From an uncultured Clostridia bacterium (GTDB lineage Bacteria; Bacillota; Clostridia; TANB77; CAG-508), in contig CAUWGA010000003.1 in the NCBI GenBank assembly GCA_963558245.1, positions 1,709 to 65,708 on the forward strand: a stretch of DNA of 64,000 bases, written 5' to 3'. Of the stretch, positions 48,096 to 56,829 are shown in pieces (the stretch's first letter is position 1; each line of letters begins with the position of its first letter). The translations under genes and the position numbers were made by a program. Below the pieces are notes generated by a model. The model saw only the letters and a program-made list of their open reading frames with translations, was not told where the DNA came from and did not search any database.

Positions 48096-49613
48096 TTATT
48101 TTCTATAATAGTTCATATTTAAATCTTTTCCTAGATACCAATTCCCTATAAAGTCTATTTTTAAGTTTTCTTCTAAGTCATATATTGGTTCTTGTATTAC
48201 TTTTCCATCTTTATTTACAGTTCCCCATTTTTCATCTTTTTTTATACCTGCAAATCCAAATGTATTTTGGTTTGTTACATCGTCATATATATAATCTACA
48301 ACAACTTTTCCATCTTTGTCTACAAAACCATATTTTCCGTCTTTTTTACTTACAAATAATGTGTTTGAATTAAATATGTTTGATGGTTTTTGTTCTTCAA
48401 ATTTAAAGTTATAATATTTATATTCATCATTTTGTCTTAATTCTATATATCCTTTTGTTTCATTAAGTTCAATTAAGTATCCTGATAATTTTGTTTCAAA
48501 ATCACTATTTAATATTTCGTTTTTATATTCCTCGTCTTCTGCAATATATATGTCTGCCTTTTCACTATATGTTAATGACTTATATTTTATTTCTTTTTTT
48601 ATGTTTCCAGTTATGTCTATTATTCCATATTTACCGTCTTTTTTAGCTATAAAGTTTCCTTTTTTAGTTTCTTTTATATTTTCATAATCTGGATTTATTA
48701 CTACTTCTCCTGAAAGTTTCATAATTCCATATTTATCTTTTGATTTATAAATTATTCCATCTTCTGGATTTTTTAGTATTGTTACTATTTTATCATAATT
48801 TCCATTTAGTACTTGTGTACCATCTTGTTTTATGACAATCTGTTTTCCATTTTCTGTTACAACATAATAATTGTCATTACATATTTTTGATATCGCTTCA
48901 TATTTTGGTTCTACTATTGTTTTATTTGTACTATCCACTATTCCATATTTATTTTCTGCATTTTGAATTATATATTTTTGAGTATTTTCTTTTTCTAGTG
49001 AGTCAATATTTTTGTACTTTGTTGGTATTACTATTCTACCTTTATCATCAGCTATTCCATATTGACCATCTTTTAATATTTTAAATGCATTTTCTATTCC
49101 TTCTAAGGCTTCTATTTTTTCATATTCACATGGTACTAGTTCTTTTCCTGAAAAATCAATTAATCCATATTTTTCTGCTTTTTTTACTTTTAATGCATCA
49201 CCTTCATACCATAAGTTGTTATTAGCATCTGTATTTGATATTGCTTCTATTTGGTCGTATCCTGTTAATATTTCTTGATTTTTGCTATTTAATGCTTTTG
49301 TTTTATATGTATTATTCGTATAGTCTACATCATATGTACATAAAAAAACATCACTTTTACTATTTGGGACAATTATCATTTCTGCATAACTTGGGTCTAT
49401 TACTGTATCTCCATTTGAATCTATAACTCCCCATTTATTGTTGTGATATGCTGCAAAATAATCTTTACTTGTCACTTTTCCTTGTTTTTCATCTTTCTTT
49501 AAAATTCCTTGTAACATAACTACGCACATTATTACAACAATAATTGCTATTATTACTGCAAATACTTTTTTCATGTTTAATTTTGGTTCTTCATATCTTT
49601 TTCCTTTACTCAA
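48096..49613 (-). CDS. WG-repeat (KWG-like) protein with N-terminal TM anchor
   Basis: Many repeats of the type KWGVIDSNGDTVIDPSY, KYGLIDFSGKELVPCEY, KYGIVDSTNKTIVEPKY and KYGFVDKDGKVVVDYIY. Confidence 0.7.
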   Translation of the reverse strand: MSKGKRYEEPKLNMKKVFAVIIAIIVVIMCVVMLQGILKKDEKQGKVTSKDYFAAYHNNKWGVIDSNGDTVIDPSYAEMIIVPNSKSDVFLCTYDVDYTNNTYKTKALNSKNQEILTGYDQIEAISNTDANNNLWYEGDALKVKKAEKYGLIDFSGKELVPCEYEKIEALEGIENAFKILKDGQYGIADDKGRIVIPTKYKNIDSLEKENTQKYIIQNAENKYGIVDSTNKTIVEPKYEAISKICNDNYYVVTENGKQIVIKQDGTQVLNGNYDKIVTILKNPEDGIIYKSKDKYGIMKLSGEVVINPDYENIKETKKGNFIAKKDGKYGIIDITGNIKKEIKYKSLTYSEKADIYIAEDEEYKNEILNSDFETKLSGYLIELNETKGYIELRQNDEYKYYNFKFEEQKPSNIFNSNTLFVSKKDGKYGFVDKDGKVVVDYIYDDVTNQNTFGFAGIKKDEKWGTVNKDGKVIQEPIYDLEENLKIDFIGNWYLGKDLNMNYYRK

Positions 49614-49637
49614 TGTAAATTGTCCTCCTTTTAGTTT

Positions 49638-52079
49638 CTATTTTTTTCTAAATTTAAATGCTATTACACTCATATCATCTTTAGCTATTCCATAGTTATT
49701 ATCTATTGCTTCTTCTAAAATTAAGTTAGCGATTTTTTGTGTATTTGTTGTTTCTATGTCTTCTAATAAATATTTAATCCATAATTCTTTATTTTTGTAT
49801 TCTACATTTGAATCTAATATTCCATCTGAACAAATTAACATTATTTCTCCATCGTTTATGTCTTTATCAAATGTTTCGATTTTACTTTCTTCTAATATCC
49901 CTGTAGGTAATGAAGTAGATTTTATTAATTGTACTCTTTTATTATTTTTTATGTATGTTGGGCATGCTGCACTTTTTATAAATTCTACATTTCCTTCATA
50001 TAAATCTACTATTGCTATATCTAATGTTGCAAATATTTCTTTATTTTGATTTATTAATGCATTGTTTATTAAATCTATTGATGCTTTTTTGTCAAATCCT
50101 GATAATAATAAGTTTTCTAATAATCTTAGTATTTGTTCACTACTATTTTTAGCTTCTTTGCCACTTCCCATTCCATCACTAATGGCTATTAAATATTTAC
50201 CATCTTTTAGTCTGATATTTAATATGCTGTCTCCTGATTCTTCACTTTTGCTTTTTGTAGCTACTGCTGTTCCCATTGCCATTATATATTTATCATCAGA
50301 TAAATAGCATAATTTTTCGCCTATTGTTGTTTCACTATTTAACACTATTGGCTCTTTAAAAATTTCACTTAGTATTTCTGCAATTTGGTCCATTTTAGCT
50401 GTTTCTATTATTCTAGTTAAATATATTTCAATAATAAATCTATTTTCTTTTTTTATAACTATATCTTGTACTTCTATTTCTTTTCTTCTTAATATATCTA
50501 CAATTTCTAGTCTTTCTTTTTGATATTGTTCTTCTACTTTTATGTCTTTTTCTATCTCTTTTGCCATGCTTTTTATAGCATTAGATACACCTTTTAATTG
50601 TTTTCCTATATTCTTTTTAGTTTCTGCTTCTTTTTTCTTCCATATAAAATTAGATTTTGCAACTTTGTATGAAACATTTACTGTTCTTACTATTTGCATT
50701 ATATCGTTTTCTAAATTTTCACTTATTTTTTTGTCATTTGTTGCTACTATATAGCTGTTGCAGTCTGCAAATATTTGTAATAAATCTTGTCTATTTATTT
50801 CTTGTTTGTCTAGTAATAATTCAAAAATTTTACTATCAATTTCTCCTTCTGTTTTTGAGATATCATCATATAACATATTTTCTTTATATGGTTCTAAATT
50901 ATTTAATAATTCTGAAATAAATACTTTTTTGTTTTCACTACTTTTTATGTTGATGATTTTTGCTTTTTCTTCTTGTTGTCCTCTATAAGCATTTGCCATT
51001 TTTTCAATTGCTTCTGATACATTATTTAAACTTTCTGCCATTTCTCTACTTTTGTTTAATGCTCCGCCTGGTATCGATGGTAATAATTTTGATTTTCCTG
51101 TAAATTCTTCTATATCAATTTGCAATGTTTTTGGAACTAACAATAGCCCTACTGACGCTACTAATATTTCCTTGAAATGAATTAATTCTACTGTATAACC
51201 ATTTGATACATATGCAAGTATGATATTTCCTAATGCGAATCCTATTACCACTCCAATTTTTCCAAATCTATTTAATATTCCTGACACCATTCCAGATATT
51301 GCATATGCTGCTATCATTATAGGTTCTGAATTAGTTATTACTCCTAATGTCACACCTATTGTAACACCTGAAGTTGTTCCTACTAAAATTCCATTTTTCC
51401 ATCCTAGTATCATAACAATTAATATACTTAAAATGTTTCTGATGCTAAGCCCTAATATACTTAAATTACCTATTCCTCCAACAGCTATTGCTAAAAGTAA
51501 ACTTGCTCCAATTACTTCTTCTATTGAAAATGCTCTTTTTTCATAAAATTCTTGTACTACTACAATTGAATTTACAAATATTTTATAAAATACTAAAGCT
51601 ATAATTGATAATGTAATTCCTGCTAATACATCATATAACGTAAATTGAGTCATTGCTATTTTTACAATTTGGATTATAATTGTTGCTAAAAATACATTTT
51701 TTCCTAGTTTTATTTTTTCATTTCTTTCTTGTTCGTTGTATCTTGGCTTAAATAAAAATAAAGTCACAACCATTACAAGCATTGTTAAAAAATATCCTAA
51801 AGCTCCATCCATACCAAATTTTATAGCATTACCTATTGTCGAAACTGCCACTATCCCTAAGACTGGAATAGCTGATGATAAACAAGCACCTAGTAAACTG
51901 ATACTAAATATTGAAAATTCTCCACCTATTCCTACTAATGACATCATAAAAGCTACTATATATATTGCTATATTTTCTTTTGCAAATACATTTGAAAATA
52001 TATTTACATTTTTTTTATCTTTTCTAAAGTTGTTATTTGAATTTATTTCTAGTGTATCTTCATTTATATTTTGAAACAT
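49638..52079 (-). CDS. spoIIE: Stage II sporulation protein E (polytopic membrane PP2C phosphatase)
   Basis: About 10 N-terminal TM helices and a C-terminal PP2C domain (LIAISDGMGSG, MLICSDGILD). Start is ATG 52079 after AGAGGTGG. Confidence 0.85.
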   Translation of the reverse strand: MFQNINEDTLEINSNNNFRKDKKNVNIFSNVFAKENIAIYIVAFMMSLVGIGGEFSIFSISLLGACLSSAIPVLGIVAVSTIGNAIKFGMDGALGYFLTMLVMVVTLFLFKPRYNEQERNEKIKLGKNVFLATIIIQIVKIAMTQFTLYDVLAGITLSIIALVFYKIFVNSIVVVQEFYEKRAFSIEEVIGASLLLAIAVGGIGNLSILGLSIRNILSILIVMILGWKNGILVGTTSGVTIGVTLGVITNSEPIMIAAYAISGMVSGILNRFGKIGVVIGFALGNIILAYVSNGYTVELIHFKEILVASVGLLLVPKTLQIDIEEFTGKSKLLPSIPGGALNKSREMAESLNNVSEAIEKMANAYRGQQEEKAKIINIKSSENKKVFISELLNNLEPYKENMLYDDISKTEGEIDSKIFELLLDKQEINRQDLLQIFADCNSYIVATNDKKISENLENDIMQIVRTVNVSYKVAKSNFIWKKKEAETKKNIGKQLKGVSNAIKSMAKEIEKDIKVEEQYQKERLEIVDILRRKEIEVQDIVIKKENRFIIEIYLTRIIETAKMDQIAEILSEIFKEPIVLNSETTIGEKLCYLSDDKYIMAMGTAVATKSKSEESGDSILNIRLKDGKYLIAISDGMGSGKEAKNSSEQILRLLENLLLSGFDKKASIDLINNALINQNKEIFATLDIAIVDLYEGNVEFIKSAACPTYIKNNKRVQLIKSTSLPTGILEESKIETFDKDINDGEIMLICSDGILDSNVEYKNKELWIKYLLEDIETTNTQKIANLILEEAIDNNYGIAKDDMSVIAFKFRKK

Positions 52080-52498
52080 CCTTACCACCTCTTATTTTTT
52101 GATAAGCTTATTTTAATACTTGTCCTTTGTGGTTTTTGTCTTTTCTAGTCTTTTTGCTAGAAAAACTTTTTTACAATTTATGATATTTATTTGTGTTTTA
52201 TTTCCTTTTATCACAATATTTCGTTTTTATTTTATTACATAATGTTGAAAAAAGCAAGATTAAGAAGTTAAAAAATATATAAACTGCGACACACAAAGTA
52301 TGAAACAATAATTTATTATTCAACTGTGAATTGTAACCTTTTGTATAAGCTAGAACAAATAGGAAAGCCATTAAATTAGCATAATTTTAATCTTTCTCTT
52401 AGGCTTTCCGTTAATTTGTTCGTGTGCCAATTTTACGTTAGTAAAATTGTGTACAATAGGGTTTTATATATTAGAAAGTCAGCATGACTTTCTAATAT

Positions 52499-52537
52499 AT
52501 AAAAAAAGATAGAAAACTTTTAATTGTCTTCTATCTT
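52499..52537 (-). terminator. Rho-independent terminator after the 1405-aa surface protein gene
   Basis: AAGATAGAA / TTCTATCTT stem followed by seven T on the minus strand. Confidence 0.65.
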
Positions 52538-52550
52538 TTTACTATTTTTT

Positions 52551-52587
52551 CCAAAATGTCCACTTTGGACCTGACCCTAATTGGACA
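52551..52587. repeat. GTCC/GGAC repeat family, solo unit E
   Basis: CCAAAATGTCCACTTTGGACCTGACCCTAATTGGACA abuts the TAA of the surface protein gene with a 0-nt gap. Confidence 0.8.
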
Positions 52588-55500
52588 TTATATTTTCTTT
52601 TTGATTAGGATTATTCCTGCTGCTAATGTGATTAGTCCACTTATTCCTAGTATTACATATGGTAAATAGTTTTTGTTTTCTCCGGTTGGTCCTGTAATTA
52701 CTATAACTTTTTCATCATTGTCACTTTCATAAGTTGTACTGTTTCCTGGTACATAGTTTCCTGATATTGAATCATATATAGGTCTGTCTTTTAATTCATT
52801 TACTTCTATATGATTATCAAATGAATAGTCATCTTGTGTGTTTGATAATAGTTTTGATACTGTCATTTTTGCTATTTCTACTGTTCCTGGTTTCATATTA
52901 GCAAATTTTTCTGTTTTAAATATTCTATTATATTTTTTAATATAGTTCCATGCTTCTTGTGATAAGTTCACCCCAGGTTTTAACTCGTCTGGTTTTACTA
53001 CTATCCAGTCTCCATTGTTTTCTGTTAAATTTTCGTCTTTAAATGTCAATTCATTTGATAGATAGTCATATAATTCTGTAACCGTTGCTAATTTCCAATT
53101 GTTTTTATTCGTTGCTATACCATAAATGTAATAATCTTTTTCATTAAAGTCTATTTCTGCTTTTCTGTTATCTACTTTAATTTCATATTCAACTTCTAAT
53201 GTTGCTCCTTGCATTAGTTCACTATCTATTTCTACATGTATATTTCCATCAGGTAAAAATTTCAAATGTTGAATATTTCCTGTTCTTGGGTCACCATCAA
53301 CTATTATTTGTCCATTTGCAAGTGTTAATTTTACGTGTGAAATTTCCTTTGTTATATTAAGCAATTGCATTGGTCTTTCTATAACACCAAAGTCCATATT
53401 GTCAAATATAAATTTAAGCTCTGCTCCATATTCACTTATATTATCTAAATTAACATCATAATCTAATTTTATATCAAATTTCCTTGTATTAGATTCTATA
53501 TTTTCTAGATTTTTTTCTACAGATGTTGAATAATTTATAATTTCTTCTTTTGTTCTCGCTTCAACTATATCAAATTTTGTTCCATCTTTGTTTATTCCCA
53601 TTTCGTCTTTGGCATCTGACAGTCTTGTAGCATCTTTTCCTGTTTCGCTTCTATACCAATAGTCTGTCATTTGATTTACTGCGTTTTTGTCGCCACCTCT
53701 GTATATAGTTGATTTATAATTAATTATTTTTACATCTTCTGTAGAGCCATCTAGTTTATATATTTTACTTGTATTTCCATAAGTATATCTTATAACATAA
53801 TTGCCTGGTATTACTCCACTAAATTCATAGTTTCCATCTGTTCCTGTGTTCATTTCAGCTGGCTCAGTAGTTTTATCTTTGTTATATAAAGTTGCTACTG
53901 AATAAATTTCATTACCATTTTGGCTTCCTTCTACTTTTAGTAATTCTACTTTAACATTTCCAACTACACCTTCATTTTTAGCTTCGTATTTACCATTTCC
54001 TTTTCTTTCTTTTTCTATTCCTGTTTTATCAAGTAGTTCTTTTATTGCTTCATCTTTCCATATTGTTCCTTTTATAACTCTTGCATTTGGTGCTTTTAAT
54101 ATAAGTGATGGTGCTTCATCTGTATCATCTTCGTATGTTACTTTGTCAGATGGAACAGTGCTTTCTGGATTAGAGTCTTTATCTATTCCGGCATATTTTT
54201 CACTAAATCCTTTATCCTTATATGAAGAATATGATGATATTTCTGTTACAGAATTTAATGTTACATATTCATTTAGTACAGCATTTACCGCTTCATTTTT
54301 TAATTTATATTCTATATATACAAATTCTTGCATTTGTGGATTAATTTGTTTATTAGTATTAATTGTGACTTTTTTAAATCCGTTGTTATTATAATTTGCA
54401 TCTACATCATGTTGTATGTCATTTCCAGATTGATCTTTTATACTAGAAATTTCATATCTGTTATCAAAATAATTAACTACTTTATTAACTTTTGTATATA
54501 AATTTGTCGCTTCATTTTTTATAGCTATTTTATATGTTATATAAACTTGTAGTTTTCCTTTGTTTTCATCTTGTGCATTATAAGATATGTCTGAAGAATA
54601 AATTTCTCTTGTATATGATGCTGAGCCCCATTTATTTCCGAATTTTACACTTACATTAAATCCGTCTCCTGTTTCTTGGCTATTTTCAAATCTTTGATTA
54701 TATTTATATGTATGCGTATATCCATTTAATGTTATTTTAGCTTTTTCTACATCTTCTATTAGAGCTATATCTGGCATTTCTCTTTCATATAATCCTAAGT
54801 TGATATATGGTATTTCTTCTATATTATTAGCATAAATTTGTTCAATAGTTATAGTTTGTCCTAATAACTTGTCTGGTGCTGCATCTTTTGTATTAGCTAT
54901 TAACATATATTGTTTATCAATTCCTGATACTGGATATTTTTGACCATTATATCCATACAAGTAATTTCCTCCATATTGTAATGTACTTACATGGTTATTA
55001 TATGAATAATTTAATTTATACACATCTTTATTGTCACTATTTTTTGATTGATTATGATTAATTATTGCATAATTATTATTAAATTCTGGTCTTAATTTAT
55101 CATCTGTAGCTTTACTTCCATTATTTGCGGTTATTTTAACATCCACAGATTTATAACACATACCGTTATAATCAAATTCTATATACGCTCCTTTTAAATC
55201 TTCTATACGAATTCTTTTAGTTGCATTGTCTCTTTGGTAATCTCCAAATATGTATGCACCTTCTTCTTTTTCTCCCTTAGTATTTGTTATTGTGCTCGTT
55301 GTTTTTGTATCTATTATTGTTCCATCTGCTTTTTTCAATGTAACTTTTACATTTGCTACCCTTTTATCTTCTTGATCATTTTGATCATTTTTCCATAAGT
55401 GGTTTCTAATTGATGTTTTTTGAGATATCATATCCTCCCATACATATCCACTTAATTTTACATATATTCTTTTATTTGTATATGTTGCATTTATAGATTG

Positions 55501-56805
55501 TCCTACTGCCTTTATATCTATTGTTCCCATTTCTTTTGGTTTATCCACACTTACTTCTACATATCCGAAATGTGGATTTATTACTTCATATACTATGTAT
55601 GTACCTTTTTTGTTTATATTTCTAACTTTTACTTTTCCATCTGCTTTTGTCGTATATATTGTTGCTTTTGTTTTATCTTGAGTATATGTAGCTGGAGTTC
55701 CATCTACTACCCATCCTCTTTCTTTACAATATACTGTAAACCCTACATTTGCTAGAACTTTTTTTGTGTCTTCATCCTTTTTTTGAATATAAATATTAGT
55801 AAAATATACTCTTGGTAATTCTATCATAATTTCTTCTGAACCTTCATCAACACCTAAAAATTCCCCACCATAAGTAGCCATATTTTGTCCACCATTAGAT
55901 GCATAAAATACCATTCTAGCACGTAATCCTCCAGATACTTTTTTATACAATTGTACTTTTTTTGCACTATCTGGTTTTTCATTTTTAAACGCTAAGTAAA
56001 AAGTTCCACCATTTGGAATAGATGCTATTCCTTGTACTCCTGCAGGATTCGGTGTACTTGCCCATCCGTCTGCTTTACAGGTTTTCCCCTCTTCTGTAAT
56101 AACTAATCCTTTAGTAATTGTTCCTGAACCAGTATTTTGTATTTTATATGGTCCTACAAATACCCATTCACCAATTTCTTCTATAACCTGTATATTTTGT
56201 GTACTCTTATCTATAAAGTTAAAATTCTTTGTTGAATTAACAAAATTTTCTCCTTCTTCTTTTAATCTATAATATTTATCTCTACCAAATTGATTTATCA
56301 TAAAGCTTTCACTAACTCCACCTGGTAAAGAACTATTAAATAATCCTTCTCTTACCATTACACTTGAATACATCGCTGATGTTTGCATCATCATTAGTCT
56401 ATATGGGCTAGTTCCTGTTGCTCCCCATGGTTCTCTATTTTGATATGATTTCGTTGCATAATATAATACTTGCATTGCTCTTCTAGCACCTTCTGAATTT
56501 GTTGTACTAAGGTTGTTTACACTTGATATTCCATTTTTTCCAACATCTACTACTGAAGTTAGCATATTATTGTGGTTAGCCCATCCATGTGTAAATGGAT
56601 CCATACAATAATACGCATATGAATTTGCACCTGGATCTGTATTTCCATCTGTATAAGGCTCTATATTCATATTAAGAAATCCATCTAAATTGTTCATAGC
56701 TTCTCTAGTTATTGATCCCATAGTTTGATATCCTAAAGATGGTTTTAACATTATTAATATAGTACTTACAAATAATATTATTCCAATTGTTAGTCTCTTT
56801 TTCAT
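52588..56805 (-). CDS. Wall-anchored adhesin-like protein (1405 aa): signal peptide, possible thioester domain, SpaA/Cna-B and SdrD-B-like domains, C-terminal sorting signal
   Basis: Signal peptide MKKRLTIGIILFVSTILIML and the YAYYCMDP context. Prealbumin-like blocks FTVYCKERGW...GTYIVYEVINPHFGY and SdrD-B-like blocks GTIWKDEA...TGTDGNYEFSGVIPGNYVIRYTYG. C-terminus is VITGPTGENKNYLPYVILGISGLITLAAGIILIKKKI. Confidence 0.7.
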   Translation of the reverse strand: MKKRLTIGIILFVSTILIMLKPSLGYQTMGSITREAMNNLDGFLNMNIEPYTDGNTDPGANSYAYYCMDPFTHGWANHNNMLTSVVDVGKNGISSVNNLSTTNSEGARRAMQVLYYATKSYQNREPWGATGTSPYRLMMMQTSAMYSSVMVREGLFNSSLPGGVSESFMINQFGRDKYYRLKEEGENFVNSTKNFNFIDKSTQNIQVIEEIGEWVFVGPYKIQNTGSGTITKGLVITEEGKTCKADGWASTPNPAGVQGIASIPNGGTFYLAFKNEKPDSAKKVQLYKKVSGGLRARMVFYASNGGQNMATYGGEFLGVDEGSEEIMIELPRVYFTNIYIQKKDEDTKKVLANVGFTVYCKERGWVVDGTPATYTQDKTKATIYTTKADGKVKVRNINKKGTYIVYEVINPHFGYVEVSVDKPKEMGTIDIKAVGQSINATYTNKRIYVKLSGYVWEDMISQKTSIRNHLWKNDQNDQEDKRVANVKVTLKKADGTIIDTKTTSTITNTKGEKEEGAYIFGDYQRDNATKRIRIEDLKGAYIEFDYNGMCYKSVDVKITANNGSKATDDKLRPEFNNNYAIINHNQSKNSDNKDVYKLNYSYNNHVSTLQYGGNYLYGYNGQKYPVSGIDKQYMLIANTKDAAPDKLLGQTITIEQIYANNIEEIPYINLGLYEREMPDIALIEDVEKAKITLNGYTHTYKYNQRFENSQETGDGFNVSVKFGNKWGSASYTREIYSSDISYNAQDENKGKLQVYITYKIAIKNEATNLYTKVNKVVNYFDNRYEISSIKDQSGNDIQHDVDANYNNNGFKKVTINTNKQINPQMQEFVYIEYKLKNEAVNAVLNEYVTLNSVTEISSYSSYKDKGFSEKYAGIDKDSNPESTVPSDKVTYEDDTDEAPSLILKAPNARVIKGTIWKDEAIKELLDKTGIEKERKGNGKYEAKNEGVVGNVKVELLKVEGSQNGNEIYSVATLYNKDKTTEPAEMNTGTDGNYEFSGVIPGNYVIRYTYGNTSKIYKLDGSTEDVKIINYKSTIYRGGDKNAVNQMTDYWYRSETGKDATRLSDAKDEMGINKDGTKFDIVEARTKEEIINYSTSVEKNLENIESNTRKFDIKLDYDVNLDNISEYGAELKFIFDNMDFGVIERPMQLLNITKEISHVKLTLANGQIIVDGDPRTGNIQHLKFLPDGNIHVEIDSELMQGATLEVEYEIKVDNRKAEIDFNEKDYYIYGIATNKNNWKLATVTELYDYLSNELTFKDENLTENNGDWIVVKPDELKPGVNLSQEAWNYIKKYNRIFKTEKFANMKPGTVEIAKMTVSKLLSNTQDDYSFDNHIEVNELKDRPIYDSISGNYVPGNSTTYESDNDEKVIVITGPTGENKNYLPYVILGISGLITLAAGIILIKKKI

Positions 56806-56829
56806 GGTTTCCTCCTTTCTATTAAAATT

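Noticed and set aside
52180-52242. A 20-aa hydrophobic plus-strand ORF (MIFICVLFPFITIFRFYFIT) reminiscent of a type I toxin.
   Set aside because: It has no RBS. Its composition is explained by the T-rich strand, and I could define no antisense RNA or promoter.
2726-52587. The idea that the stop-proximal palindromes are integron attC sites, or binding sites of a known regulator. TGTCCAA resembles the Spo0A box TGTCGAA.
   Set aside because: No integrase is present, the flanking genes are core housekeeping genes rather than cassettes, and the GTTRRRY core sites are missing. The Spo0A-box resemblance is a single 6/7 match within a much longer conserved unit located at gene 3' ends, not at promoters.
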